From PVC group bacterium (ex Bugula neritina AB1) (lineage in GTDB: Bacteria > GCA-001730085), in NCBI GenBank assembly GCA_001730085.1, contig MDLB01000108.1, positions 9,119 to 73,118 on the forward strand: a stretch of DNA of 64,000 bases, given 5' to 3'. Position 1 is the stretch's first letter. Each line of letters opens with the position of its first letter. Shown here in pieces: positions 19,841 to 28,921 of this stretch. The position numbers were made by a program, and so were the translations under genes. The notes beneath the pieces are model-generated. The model saw only the letters and a program-made list of their open reading frames with translations. It was not told the DNA's origin and ran no database searches.

Positions 19841-20713
19841 ATGAAAAAAAGAGTTTTAATTACAGGTGCCGGAGGTTTACTAGGTCGAGAACTTTCTCGT
19901 GCCTGGGAAAAAATATATTCTTTGACCACTTTGGATCGACAGAATCTTGATATTTGTGATTTTGAAGCTGTTTTAGAGCTTTTTAACAAGATAAGACCTG
20001 ATGTTGTTGTGAATGCAGCTGCTTATACAAATGTTGAATTAGCAGAGAAAAATCCTGAGAGATGTTTCGAAGTTAATGTTGAAGGTACGTATAATGTTGG
20101 AAGAGCATGTTCCTTGGTTAATGCTAGGATGTGTCACATAGGGACTGACTATATTTTTGATGGTAAAAGCCATAGCCCGTATATTGAGGAAGATAAGGCT
20201 TCTCCTTTAAATGTTTATGGAAAAAGTAAGTGGGACTCGGAGAGAGTTTTGGAAAAAATTTCTGCTAAATATTTGATTGCTAGAGTTTCTTGGCTTTGTG
20301 GCATTTATGGTTCTAACTTTATTAAAACTTTGTTGAAAAAAGCATCGCAAGAAAAAAGTATTAAAGTTGTTAATGATCAAATTGGCGTTCCTACATTCAC
20401 GAAAGATGTTTCCGTCGCTTTGCAGGCATTGATAGATGCTGAGGAGGAGGGCGTTTATCATGTCACTTCTGGGGGATCCTGCAGTTGGTATGAATTGGCA
20501 CAGGAGCTAGTGAAGCAAGAGAGAATGGATACAGAGATACTTCCTTGTTCGAGTGGAGATTTTAAAAGTGATGTTTCTAGACCACCTTACTCTGTGCTAG
20601 ATAGTTCGAAGCTGAAAAAAGTTTTAGGTAGAAATATTATGCCTTCTTGGCAAGAAGGTCTTCATGATATGCTTTTCTCTTTAAAAAATCAAACTGAGCC
20701 TGCTCAGAAATAA
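19841..20713 (+). CDS. rfbD: dTDP-4-dehydrorhamnose reductase
   Basis: TGAGGLLG, NAAAYTNV, TDYIFDG, YGKSK, VVNDQIG.PT. Confidence 0.93.
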   Translation: MKKRVLITGAGGLLGRELSRAWEKIYSLTTLDRQNLDICDFEAVLELFNKIRPDVVVNAAAYTNVELAEKNPERCFEVNVEGTYNVGRACSLVNARMCHIGTDYIFDGKSHSPYIEEDKASPLNVYGKSKWDSERVLEKISAKYLIARVSWLCGIYGSNFIKTLLKKASQEKSIKVVNDQIGVPTFTKDVSVALQALIDAEEEGVYHVTSGGSCSWYELAQELVKQERMDTEILPCSSGDFKSDVSRPPYSVLDSSKLKKVLGRNIMPSWQEGLHDMLFSLKNQTEPAQK

Positions 20714-20744
20714 GATTATTCAAAAAAATCAAAAGGTGTTTTTT

Positions 20745-22214
20745 GTGAAAATTTTGATGGTTTCTTCCGAATGTTACCCTTATGCTAAAACTGGTGGAAT
20801 GGCAGATGTTGTGGGTGACTTGGTTAAAAGTTTAACATCTATGGGGCACGAAGTGTCTGTTATTCTTCCTTTTTATAGAGATGTTAAAAATTATTTAAAT
20901 TTAGAAAATATTAACATAGATAAAATAAATATTTCTATTGATATGAAGACAGATAGTTTCCTTTTTGAGGGTTCTGTTTTGAAGTGGGAAGTCAATGGTT
21001 GTTGTTTTTATGCGATTCAGAACGATAGATTTTTCGATCGTGACTTTTTGTATGGAGATAGTGGTGGCGACTATTTCGATAACTCTAAGAGGTTTGCTTT
21101 TTTTTGTCAAGGAGTCGTTCGTTTTATTGATTCTTTCTCAGATTATTTTGATATTGTTCATTGTCACGATTGGCAGACAGGTTTGGTTCCTGTTTGGTTG
21201 AAAAAGGGTATTGATACTTTGTGGGGAAAGCGGCGATCTGCTTTTTCTTGTCGCACATTATTGACCATTCATAATCTAGCCTATCAAGGTGTTTTTGATA
21301 GGCAAGAAATGAACTTTATTAACGAAAAAAAGCCTTTTTATGATTACTTGCAAATGAATGGCAAAGTTAACTTTTTAAAAGGAGGGCTTTTGGGGGCTGA
21401 TTCTATTAGTACGGTGAGTCCTCAGTACGTTAAAGAGATTCAAGAAAAGGCTTTAGGTCATGGGCTGCACCGTATCATGATCCTTAGATCGCAAAATTTG
21501 TGGGGTATACTTAATGGGATTGATATAGAGCATTGGGACTCACAGAAAGATATTTGGATCACTAAAAACTTCGATAAAGATAGTCTCTCGAATAAAGAAG
21601 AGAATAAAAACTGTTTATATGAAAAAATGAACTGGGAAAAGTCAGATGATCTTTTGTTGGGGATGGTTTGTAGGTTAGTTACGCATAAAGGCTTAGATCT
21701 TTTAGAGGAAGGTTTTGATAGACTTATGAGTCTTTCTATTCGCTTTATTTTAATTGGGACAGGAGATGCCTACTGGTGTGACTTTTTTAAAAGAATGGAG
21801 AAGAAGTATCATAATTTTCGATGCTTTTTGTCGTATGAGGATCGATTGGCACATCAACTTTATTCATCGATTGATGGTTTTCTTATGCCTTCCAAGTTTG
21901 AGCCTTGTGGGCTTACTCAGATGATAGCTATGAGATATGGTGCGATCCCTTTAGTGCATAAAATAGGGGGCTTGGCTAATACAGTTGAGCATTGGAGTGA
22001 AAAAGATCAAAGCTCTAAGGGGAAGGGTTTTGTTATGCAAAAATATGATGTTGAAGATCTTCTGATTAATATTGAAAACATGCTGCTGCTTTATCAAGAT
22101 AAGAGGAAGTGGGAGGTGTTAGTGCGAAAAAATATGTCTTTAGATTTTTCATGGAAAAGTGCCGCTCAAAAATATTTGGCACTTTATCGCTATCTTGTTA
22201 CAATAACCCCTTAG
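20745..22214 (+). CDS. glgA: Glycogen synthase (GT5)
   Basis: KTGGMADV, HCHDWQT, TIHNLAYQG, PSKFEPCGLTQMIAMRYG. Confidence 0.93.
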   Translation: MKILMVSSECYPYAKTGGMADVVGDLVKSLTSMGHEVSVILPFYRDVKNYLNLENINIDKINISIDMKTDSFLFEGSVLKWEVNGCCFYAIQNDRFFDRDFLYGDSGGDYFDNSKRFAFFCQGVVRFIDSFSDYFDIVHCHDWQTGLVPVWLKKGIDTLWGKRRSAFSCRTLLTIHNLAYQGVFDRQEMNFINEKKPFYDYLQMNGKVNFLKGGLLGADSISTVSPQYVKEIQEKALGHGLHRIMILRSQNLWGILNGIDIEHWDSQKDIWITKNFDKDSLSNKEENKNCLYEKMNWEKSDDLLLGMVCRLVTHKGLDLLEEGFDRLMSLSIRFILIGTGDAYWCDFFKRMEKKYHNFRCFLSYEDRLAHQLYSSIDGFLMPSKFEPCGLTQMIAMRYGAIPLVHKIGGLANTVEHWSEKDQSSKGKGFVMQKYDVEDLLINIENMLLLYQDKRKWEVLVRKNMSLDFSWKSAAQKYLALYRYLVTITP

Positions 22215-22311
22215 AAGAATTTTCTGTAGATATAATTTTTTAGTTGAAAAAGTTAAAAAAATAATGTTTCTTGTTGCGATGTTTTTTCGCTAAAAAATCA
22301 GATTATTAGAA

Positions 22312-22345
22312 TGTGGGCCGACTGTAAAAGGGCTCATGCTTTTTT
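22312..22345 (+). terminator. Possible intrinsic terminator after glgA
   Basis: TGTGGGCC/GGCTCATG stem with G-U pairs followed by TTTTTT. Confidence 0.4.
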
Positions 22346-22484
22346 GATCTTTCTTTAAGGAGTATGGATTTTTCTTAAGATAAAAATATTGAAGGCCTGC
22401 GAATGATGAAGGGGGTGGGCTACTTCCTGATTATTTTGATTTTTAAGGAATATTCAAAGCATTGAATTGAAAGGGGGTATTTCT

Positions 22485-23777
22485 ATGTTTTTTTTGCGTT
22501 TTTTTTCTTTATTATGTGTGTGTTACTTTTTTGTTTTAGGTTTTTTTTCTTCAAGGGTGCTCGTTGCTAAAGAAGCTGATCTCGATTTGAGTCGGCTTTT
22601 GGTTCAGAAGGGTGTTTTGTCTTCTGAAGATTCAAACAGTGTTAAAAAAAATGTCTGGAGAAAAAAAAGCTACTCTTCGTGTAAGGAGAGTTTGTTGAAT
22701 AGATGTCAAACCGTCTTGCCTTCTTGGGTTTCGGATCTTAAATGGGAGGGAGATTTTAATGTTATTTGCGATTCATTGGATAGAGATACTACTCCTGTTG
22801 AAACCCCAAAAAGGAAGCGTTTAAGAGCTAGGGTTCGTTTTGGGTTTAAAACCGACCTAGATAGTAAAGTTGAGGCTGGGTTTAGAATGATAACAGGTAG
22901 TAAGGGCGCTCCTGTATCGACGAACTCAGATTTTTCAAGTATTTTTAATTCTCAAGAGATTTCGATAGATAGGGCGTATGCTAAATATACGCATAATGAC
23001 TATCTCTCTTTGCTTTTTGGTAAGTTTTCTAATCCGTTCTTTTCAACGTCACTTATTTTTGATAAAGATTTAGCCTTTGATGGTTTAGCTGAAATGTTTA
23101 AATACAAAACAAATGATATTGATTGTTACCTTATAACAGGTCAGTTCCCTATAGATGCTAATGACTTACAAGAAGATTCGGCTTGGTTGTATGCTGGTCA
23201 ATGTGGAGCTATTTTTTCGCCACAAAAAGGAGTGAAAATGGAAGTAGCTTTGGCTAATTACCGGTACTCTAATATGTTTAGACGTCTTTCACTGGGGGAT
23301 GCATTTGGAGGAATTGATCTTTCCGGTGCGAGTATGTTATCAGATTCGCGTTATCTGCATGATTATAATATTTATAATGTGAACAGTCAGGTTGATTTAT
23401 TTATGGCAGATGTTCCATTTACATTTTTGTGTGAATATGTCAAGAATGTCGGAACGATTGATTTGGATTCAAAAGAATATGATACAGGTTATCAAGTAGG
23501 TGTTCATGTTGGAAAAGCAAGTCATCCTAAAACATTGGAAGCTTTTTTGTATTATAGAAAACTTGATCCGAATGCAGTTGTGGATGTTTTTACTGATGCT
23601 GACTTCGGAGGTGGTGGAACAAATTGTAAAGGTATAAAAACAGGATTGAAGTATCAGTTGAGTCAAAATGTTCAGTTTGGAATGACTTATGTGGATGCAG
23701 GACTCGTAACAAAAAAACCTAATGTGGAAACAGAAGATACCCAATCTTTTAGATTGGATATGAATGTGAAATTTTAA
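22485..23777 (+). CDS. Putative outer-membrane beta-barrel porin
   Basis: Signal peptide, LL.QKGVLS N-domain, R.R.RVRFG, IDRAY, DADFGGGGTNCKG, C-terminal LDMNVKF beta-signal. Confidence 0.75.
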   Translation: MFFLRFFSLLCVCYFFVLGFFSSRVLVAKEADLDLSRLLVQKGVLSSEDSNSVKKNVWRKKSYSSCKESLLNRCQTVLPSWVSDLKWEGDFNVICDSLDRDTTPVETPKRKRLRARVRFGFKTDLDSKVEAGFRMITGSKGAPVSTNSDFSSIFNSQEISIDRAYAKYTHNDYLSLLFGKFSNPFFSTSLIFDKDLAFDGLAEMFKYKTNDIDCYLITGQFPIDANDLQEDSAWLYAGQCGAIFSPQKGVKMEVALANYRYSNMFRRLSLGDAFGGIDLSGASMLSDSRYLHDYNIYNVNSQVDLFMADVPFTFLCEYVKNVGTIDLDSKEYDTGYQVGVHVGKASHPKTLEAFLYYRKLDPNAVVDVFTDADFGGGGTNCKGIKTGLKYQLSQNVQFGMTYVDAGLVTKKPNVETEDTQSFRLDMNVKF

Positions 23778-23860
23778 TAGTGCGCGTTACTTAAAGTCTT
23801 AACTATTGGGTTTATTTTTCAATACCTTTTTTTGTTTTTCGAGATCTTTAAAAAATATGT

Positions 23861-23889
23861 TTGACAAAAATATTTACTTTTTGTATGAT
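23861..23889 (+). promoter_or_regulatory. Sigma70-type promoter upstream of tRNA-Thr/tuf cluster
   Basis: TTGACA-17 bp-TATGAT. Confidence 0.7.
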
Positions 23890-24288
23890 GTAACGTCTTT
23901 GGAGCTTCAGCAGAATGTTTTTATTTGCAGACTTTTTTTTATTATTTATATAAATAATAACAAAGTTCTTTGATTGGTTTTTTTTGTTGAAAAAAGTGAA
24001 GAATCCCTTGAATTAAGTGAGTTTTTCGATTTTTTACGGGAATTTTAAAGCTTTTTGAGCTCTTATTTTTTTTAGATAAAGATTTTTGTAATTGATCAGT
24101 TTTTAAGATTTCTTTTCTTACTCTTTATAAAGGATATCTTTTTTGCTTGGTTAGTTCTTTTTTTTGATTTAATTTTTTAGATCAAAAATATCTTTCTGAT
24201 TAAGATAAAAAATATTTTATATGTATTCTTTCTTTAAGATAACTGAGAAATTAAACTTGGTTGCTGAAAGAATATTTTTAAAATAGAT

Positions 24289-24360
24289 GCCTGCGTAGCT
24301 CAGGGGCAGAGCACGTCATTGGTAATGACGAGGTCGCCGGTTCAATTCCGGCCGTAGGCT
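24289..24360 (+). tRNA. tRNA-Thr(GGT)
   Basis: GCCTGCG/CGTAGGC acceptor, CGTCA-TTGGTAA-TGACG anticodon arm, GGTTCAATTCC; typical position before tuf; CCA not encoded. Confidence 0.96.
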
Positions 24361-24462
24361 TAATTGGTGATATTTTTGGCATTGTATTAGTTTTATTTTT
24401 ACAATTATTTTTTTTAAAATACTTGTATTTTTTTAATGGTAAAAGTCTTTGGAGGAAGATTC

Positions 24463-25656
24463 ATGGCTAAAGAAAAATTTGAGCGCAATAAACCACATGT
24501 TAATGTTGGAACAATAGGGCATGTGGATCATGGAAAAACAACACTAACGGCTGCTTTGACAACTGTTTTGGGTTCGCAGGGCTTAGCTGAGACGCGTTCA
24601 TTTGACTCTATAGATAATGCTCCAGAAGAAAGAGAACGTGGTATAACGATTGCTACTGCTCACGTTGAATATGAGAGTGACTCTCGTCATTATGCTCACG
24701 TTGACTGTCCAGGGCACGCCGATTATGTGAAAAATATGATCACAGGGGCTGCTCAAATGGATGGAGCTATTCTTGTTGTTTCTGCTGCTGATGGTCCTAT
24801 GCCTCAGACGAGAGAACATATCTTATTAGCTGGACAGGTTGGTGTTCCTTATATAGTTGTTTTTATGAATAAGGTTGACCAGGTTGATGATCCGGAACTT
24901 TTGGATTTGGTAGAATTAGAAATTAGAGAGCTTTTGAGTAAGTATAATTTCCCAGGTGATGATATTCCTGTTGTTCGTGGAAGTGCTTTGGGAGCTTTGA
25001 ATGATCTTTCTAATCCTGAAGCAACAAAACCTATTACTGACTTAGTTGCAGCGATTGATGATTATGTGCCAACTCCAGTTAGAGATGTTGATAAGCCTTC
25101 TCTTGTTTCGATAGAGGATGTTTTCTCTATTAGTGGAAGAGGAACGGTTGCAACCGGACGTATTGAGCAGGGTATTGTTAAGGTTGGAGATTCGGTTGAG
25201 ATCGTCGGTATTAGAGAAGAAATTCAAAAGACAACAGTTACTGGTGTTGAGATGTTTCGTAAAGAGATGGATCAAGGTGAGGCCGGTGATAATGTTGGAT
25301 TGCTTTTAAGAGGTATAGAAAAAGATGATATTGAAAGAGGGCAGGTTATTGCTGCTCCTGGATCAATAACTCCTCATACTAAATTTAAGGCAGAAGTTTA
25401 TATATTGAAGAAAGAAGAAGGTGGAAGACATACTCCTTTTTTTAAAGGATATCGTCCTCAGTTTTATTTTAGAACCACGGATATTACTGGACAGGTTATT
25501 TTGCCAGAAGGTGTTGAAATGGTTATGCCTGGAGATAATATTAGTATCGAAGTTCATATTATTAATCCCGTAGCAATGGAAAAAGAATTACGCTTTGCTA
25601 TTAGGGAAGGTGGAAGAACAGTTGGTGCTGGTGTTATTTCAGAAATTATCGAGTAG
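24463..25656 (+). CDS. tuf: Elongation factor Tu (copy 1, tufB position)
   Basis: [23 protein letters not shown]; SD GGAGG before ATG 24463. Confidence 0.99.
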   Translation: MAKEKFERNKPHVNVGTIGHVDHGKTTLTAALTTVLGSQGLAETRSFDSIDNAPEERERGITIATAHVEYESDSRHYAHVDCPGHADYVKNMITGAAQMDGAILVVSAADGPMPQTREHILLAGQVGVPYIVVFMNKVDQVDDPELLDLVELEIRELLSKYNFPGDDIPVVRGSALGALNDLSNPEATKPITDLVAAIDDYVPTPVRDVDKPSLVSIEDVFSISGRGTVATGRIEQGIVKVGDSVEIVGIREEIQKTTVTGVEMFRKEMDQGEAGDNVGLLLRGIEKDDIERGQVIAAPGSITPHTKFKAEVYILKKEEGGRHTPFFKGYRPQFYFRTTDITGQVILPEGVEMVMPGDNISIEVHIINPVAMEKELRFAIREGGRTVGAGVISEIIE

Positions 25657-25662
25657 GAAATT

Positions 25663-25815
25663 ATGAGAGATATTATTTTGCTTTTTTGCTCAGGGTGTAA
25701 GCGTCGGAATTATAGTACGACAAAAAATAAAAAAACGATTGTTGGAAAGTTTTCTATCCGCAAATATTGTTCTTTTTGTAATAAGCATATTGAGCATAAA
25801 GAGACCAGTCCTTAA
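25663..25815 (+). CDS. rpmG: 50S ribosomal protein L33 (Zn-binding type)
   Basis: Manual translation MRDIILLFCSGCKRRNYSTTKNKK...KYCSFCNKHIEHKE; too short for the ORF track. Confidence 0.95.
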   Translation: MRDIILLFCSGCKRRNYSTTKNKKTIVGKFSIRKYCSFCNKHIEHKETSP

Positions 25816-25852
25816 AACTTGCTAAGATGCTTTTGTGTTTTCAGATTTTTTA

Positions 25853-25926
25853 AGGCCTGTAGCTCCAATTGGCAGAGCAGCGGACTCCAAATCCGCGTGT
25901 TGGGGGTTCGAATCCCTCCAGGCCTG
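25853..25926 (+). tRNA. tRNA-Trp(CCA)
   Basis: AGGCCTG/CAGGCCT acceptor, GCGGA-CTCCAAA-TCCGC anticodon arm; canonical rpmG-trnW-secE order. Confidence 0.96.
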
Positions 25927-25968
25927 TAAATAAATGATTTTTTGCAATAGGCTTAAGGGGAACTAAAA

Positions 25969-26148
25969 ATGAAATTAAAGGGATTTCTAGGAGGAATTCA
26001 GTCAGAACTTAAGAATTCTACTTGGCCAACAAAGCAGGAAATTAAGGATTCTGCTTGGGCAGTTATAGTTAGTATGATTCTTTTGGGCGCTTTTGTAGGT
26101 GTTGTGGATTTTATTTTGTCTCGTGGGGTTGCATTGTTAATCCGTTAA
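25969..26148 (+). CDS. secE: Preprotein translocase subunit SecE
   Basis: Manual translation MKLKGFLGGIQSELKNSTWPTKQE... with ELK..TWP motif and one TM helix; precedes nusG. Confidence 0.92.
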   Translation: MKLKGFLGGIQSELKNSTWPTKQEIKDSAWAVIVSMILLGAFVGVVDFILSRGVALLIR

Positions 26149-26180
26149 AAATGATAACGAACCTTTAGGGAAGTTAATTG

Positions 26181-26711
26181 ATGAGTAAATCTTGGTATGT
26201 TGTTCATACTCAAACAGGATTAGAGCAGAGAGTGAAGCATTATTTGTGGGAACGTGCTCGCTTGGCTGGTGATGAGACTATTTTTGAAAAAATTTTTGTT
26301 CCAACCGAAAATATATCCGAAGTTAAAGATGGGAAAAGAAAAGTTACTACTCGTAAATTTTTCCCTGGATATGTTTTGGTTTTAATGGAAATGAGTGATA
26401 AAAACTGGTTTATGGTTCGTCAGACACCGGGAGTTACTGGTTTTGTTAGTGCTTCTAAATATCCTGTTCGAGTTTCAGAAGAGGAAGTTTCTAGAATAAT
26501 GCAGCAAACAGAAGAGACGAAAGATAAGCTTCAGCCAAAAGTTCTTTTTGAAAAAGATTAAAAAGTTAAAATTGTTGAGGGCCCCTTTCTTAGTTTTTCA
26601 GGTGTTATTGAAGAAGTTCAGCCCGAAAAAGGCAAACTTAAGGTTATGGTATCGATTTTTGGTCGCTCAACACCTGTGGAACTTGAATATTGGCAGGTAG
26701 AGAAAATATAG
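26181..26711 (+). pseudogene. nusG: Transcription factor NusG interrupted by in-frame TAA (26559-26561); nonsense allele or sequence error
   Basis: NGN domain (WYVVHT, FFPGYVLV, TPGVTGFV), then [13 protein letters not shown]...[19 protein letters not shown] in the same frame. Confidence 0.9.
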
Positions 26712-26721
26712 GAGACGATTC

Positions 26722-27150
26722 ATGGCCGATAAACCTGTAAAAGGATATATTAAGCTTCAGGTGCCTTCTGGACAGGCAAACCCAGCTCCTCCAGTTGGTC
26801 CAGCTCTTGGGCAGCATGGTGTTAACATTATGGAGTTTTGCAAAGCTTTTAATGACGCAACTAAAGATAATGCAGGGATGATTGTTCCTGTTGTTATAAC
26901 TGTTTATCAAGATAGAAGTTTTGATTTTGTTGTTAAATCGCCTCCTGCAGCTGTTTTGTTGAAAAAAGCTGTTGGTTTGGCAAAGGCGTCAGCTGTTCCT
27001 AACAGAGATAAAGTTGGAACAGTTACAAGGGCTCAGCTAGAGTCTATTGCCGAAACAAAAATGAAAGATTTGAATGTTCACACGTTGGACCAAGCTGTTA
27101 AAGTTATTATGGGAACAGCAAGAAGCATGGGAATAGAGGTGGAATTGTGA
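26722..27150 (+). CDS. rplK: 50S ribosomal protein L11
   Basis: [30 protein letters not shown]. Confidence 0.98.
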   Translation: MADKPVKGYIKLQVPSGQANPAPPVGPALGQHGVNIMEFCKAFNDATKDNAGMIVPVVITVYQDRSFDFVVKSPPAAVLLKKAVGLAKASAVPNRDKVGTVTRAQLESIAETKMKDLNVHTLDQAVKVIMGTARSMGIEVEL

Positions 27151-27827
27151 AAAAAGTAAGTAAGCGCTTAAAGAAAGCAAGAGAAATGTATGATTCATCT
27201 GTTTCTTATAGTCTTCGTGATGCTGTGTCTTTGATCAAAAAACTGCCATTGGCATCTTTTGATGAGACCCTTGACTTGGCTTTTAAACTTGGTGTTGACG
27301 CAAGGCATGCTGATCAAGTTGTAAGAGGGGTTGTTGTTTTACCACATGGTTTAGGACGTTCACAGCGTGTTTTAGTTTTTGCCAAAGGTGAGAAGGCTCA
27401 GGAGGCTCAAAAGGCTGGTGCGGATTATGTCGGAGACCAAGACCTTATAGCTAAAATAGAGTCGGGCTGGTTGGACTTTGATTCAGTTGTTGCTGTTCCA
27501 GAAATGATGAAAGATATAGCCAAAATAGGTCGTATCCTCGGAACTAAGGGTTTGATGCCTAATCCAAAGGTTGGAACTGTGACTCAAAATATTGATCAGA
27601 CAGTTAAAGAATTAAAGGCTGGTCGATTAAGCTTTAGGGTTAATAAGGCGAATGATATACATGTTCCTGTTGGGAAAGTTTCCTTTACGGAAGATTGTAT
27701 TGTTGAGAATGTTGAGGCATTGATTGATGCGGTTGTTAAGGCTAAGCCTTCTGCTGCTAAAGGACAATATCTTCGAAAGATAAGTCTTTCTTCCACAATG
27801 GGTTGTGGTATTAAATTGAATATTTGA
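27147..27827 (+). CDS. rplA: 50S ribosomal protein L1
   Basis: [28 protein letters not shown]. Confidence 0.98.
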   Translation: MKKVSKRLKKAREMYDSSVSYSLRDAVSLIKKLPLASFDETLDLAFKLGVDARHADQVVRGVVVLPHGLGRSQRVLVFAKGEKAQEAQKAGADYVGDQDLIAKIESGWLDFDSVVAVPEMMKDIAKIGRILGTKGLMPNPKVGTVTQNIDQTVKELKAGRLSFRVNKANDIHVPVGKVSFTEDCIVENVEALIDAVVKAKPSAAKGQYLRKISLSSTMGCGIKLNI

Positions 27828-27856
27828 CGGTATGTTTTTGTAAGGAGATGACGATC

Positions 27857-28384
27857 GTGCCAGGATTTGTCAACGACGAAATAGTCAAGGTTTATCAGAA
27901 AAAACTAGAAGGGGCCACGGGTGTTGTTTTGACAGACCTTTGTGGTATGCCTGTTGCGACTAGTGATGAGGTTCGCTCTGGTTTTTTTAAAGCAGAAGGT
28001 TCTTTTTTTGTTGTTAAGAATCGGCTATTAAAAATTGTTTTAAAAAATAAGGGTTTTGAAGGTCTCGATGATGACTGTAAGGGAATGACGGGAGTTGTTG
28101 TTTTAAAGGATGAGCCTGTTGCCGTAGCTAAGGTGGTTCGAGACTTTGAAAAGAACATAGAGCAGTTTAAAATAAAAAAAGGATATTTAGATGGAAGTCT
28201 ACTTGATGCTTCAGACGTGAGGGAATTAGCGAAAATTCCTTCGAGAGAAGTATTACTTTCCAGACTTTTGATGTGTTTGAATTCTCCCGTTTCGGGATTT
28301 GTAACTGTTTTGAGTGGCCTTTTAGGTAAAACAGTTAGAGTGTTTGATGCAATTAGAGAAGAAAAAGAAAAAAATGCGGAATAG
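27857..28384 (+). CDS. rplJ: 50S ribosomal protein L10
   Basis: VVKNRL, LAKIPSREVLL; SD AAGGAG before GTG 27857; between rplA and rplL. Confidence 0.93.
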   Translation: MPGFVNDEIVKVYQKKLEGATGVVLTDLCGMPVATSDEVRSGFFKAEGSFFVVKNRLLKIVLKNKGFEGLDDDCKGMTGVVVLKDEPVAVAKVVRDFEKNIEQFKIKKGYLDGSLLDASDVRELAKIPSREVLLSRLLMCLNSPVSGFVTVLSGLLGKTVRVFDAIREEKEKNAE

Positions 28385-28401
28385 CATTTTAGGAGGAAAA
28401 A

Positions 28402-28818
28402 ATGTCCGAAGAAACAAATAATGAAATAAAATTAACTCCTGGGATGGAAACTGTTGTTGAGCAGGTTGAAAACATGACTGTCCTTGAGTTGTCTAATCTT
28501 GTTAAGGTTTTGGAAGAAAAATTTGGCGTTAGTGCCGCAGCACCTGTTGCTGTTGCAGCTGCACCAGGTGGAGGTTCCGAGGGTGGAGAAGCTGCAGCTG
28601 CAGAGAAAACATCTTTTGATGTTATTTTAACATCTTTTGGATCTGGAAAAATTGGAGTTATTAAAGAAGTTCGTGGTTTAACAGGCTTGGGGCTTAAAGA
28701 GGCTAAGGAACTCGTTGATGGTGTTCCTTCACCTTTAAAAGAAGGTGTTTCAAAAGAGGAAGCTGAAAAAATTAAAGCTGCAATGGAAGGCGCAGGCGCT
28801 GCTGTTGAAGTTAAATAA
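28402..28818 (+). CDS. rplL: 50S ribosomal protein L7/L12
   Basis: [11 protein letters not shown] hinge, [23 protein letters not shown]. Confidence 0.98.
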   Translation: MSEETNNEIKLTPGMETVVEQVENMTVLELSNLVKVLEEKFGVSAAAPVAVAAAPGGGSEGGEAAAAEKTSFDVILTSFGSGKIGVIKEVRGLTGLGLKEAKELVDGVPSPLKEGVSKEEAEKIKAAMEGAGAAVEVK

Positions 28819-28840
28819 GCTTTCATAATATTTTGGTTTT

Positions 28841-28890
28841 AGAAAATCCGCTAGAGGAAGATTTCCCTCTATGCGGATTTCTACCTTTTT
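28841..28890 (+). terminator. rplL-rpoB attenuator/terminator hairpin
   Basis: AGAAAATCCGC-TAGAGG...CCTCTA-T-GCGGATTTCT long stem followed by CCTTTTT. Confidence 0.7.
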
Positions 28891-28921
28891 ATTAATTTGT
28901 AAAAGCCTGTAGGAGATTTGA

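Noticed and set aside
26559-26561. Stop-codon reassignment (TAA read as an amino acid)
   Set aside because: TAA, TAG and TGA all terminate conserved genes at their expected ends throughout the window, and tRNA-Trp has a normal CCA anticodon
28389-28826. 145-aa ORF antisense to rplL, and the many other short antisense or alternate-frame ORFs
   Set aside because: They lie within conserved genes, lack motifs and SD sites, and reflect codon bias
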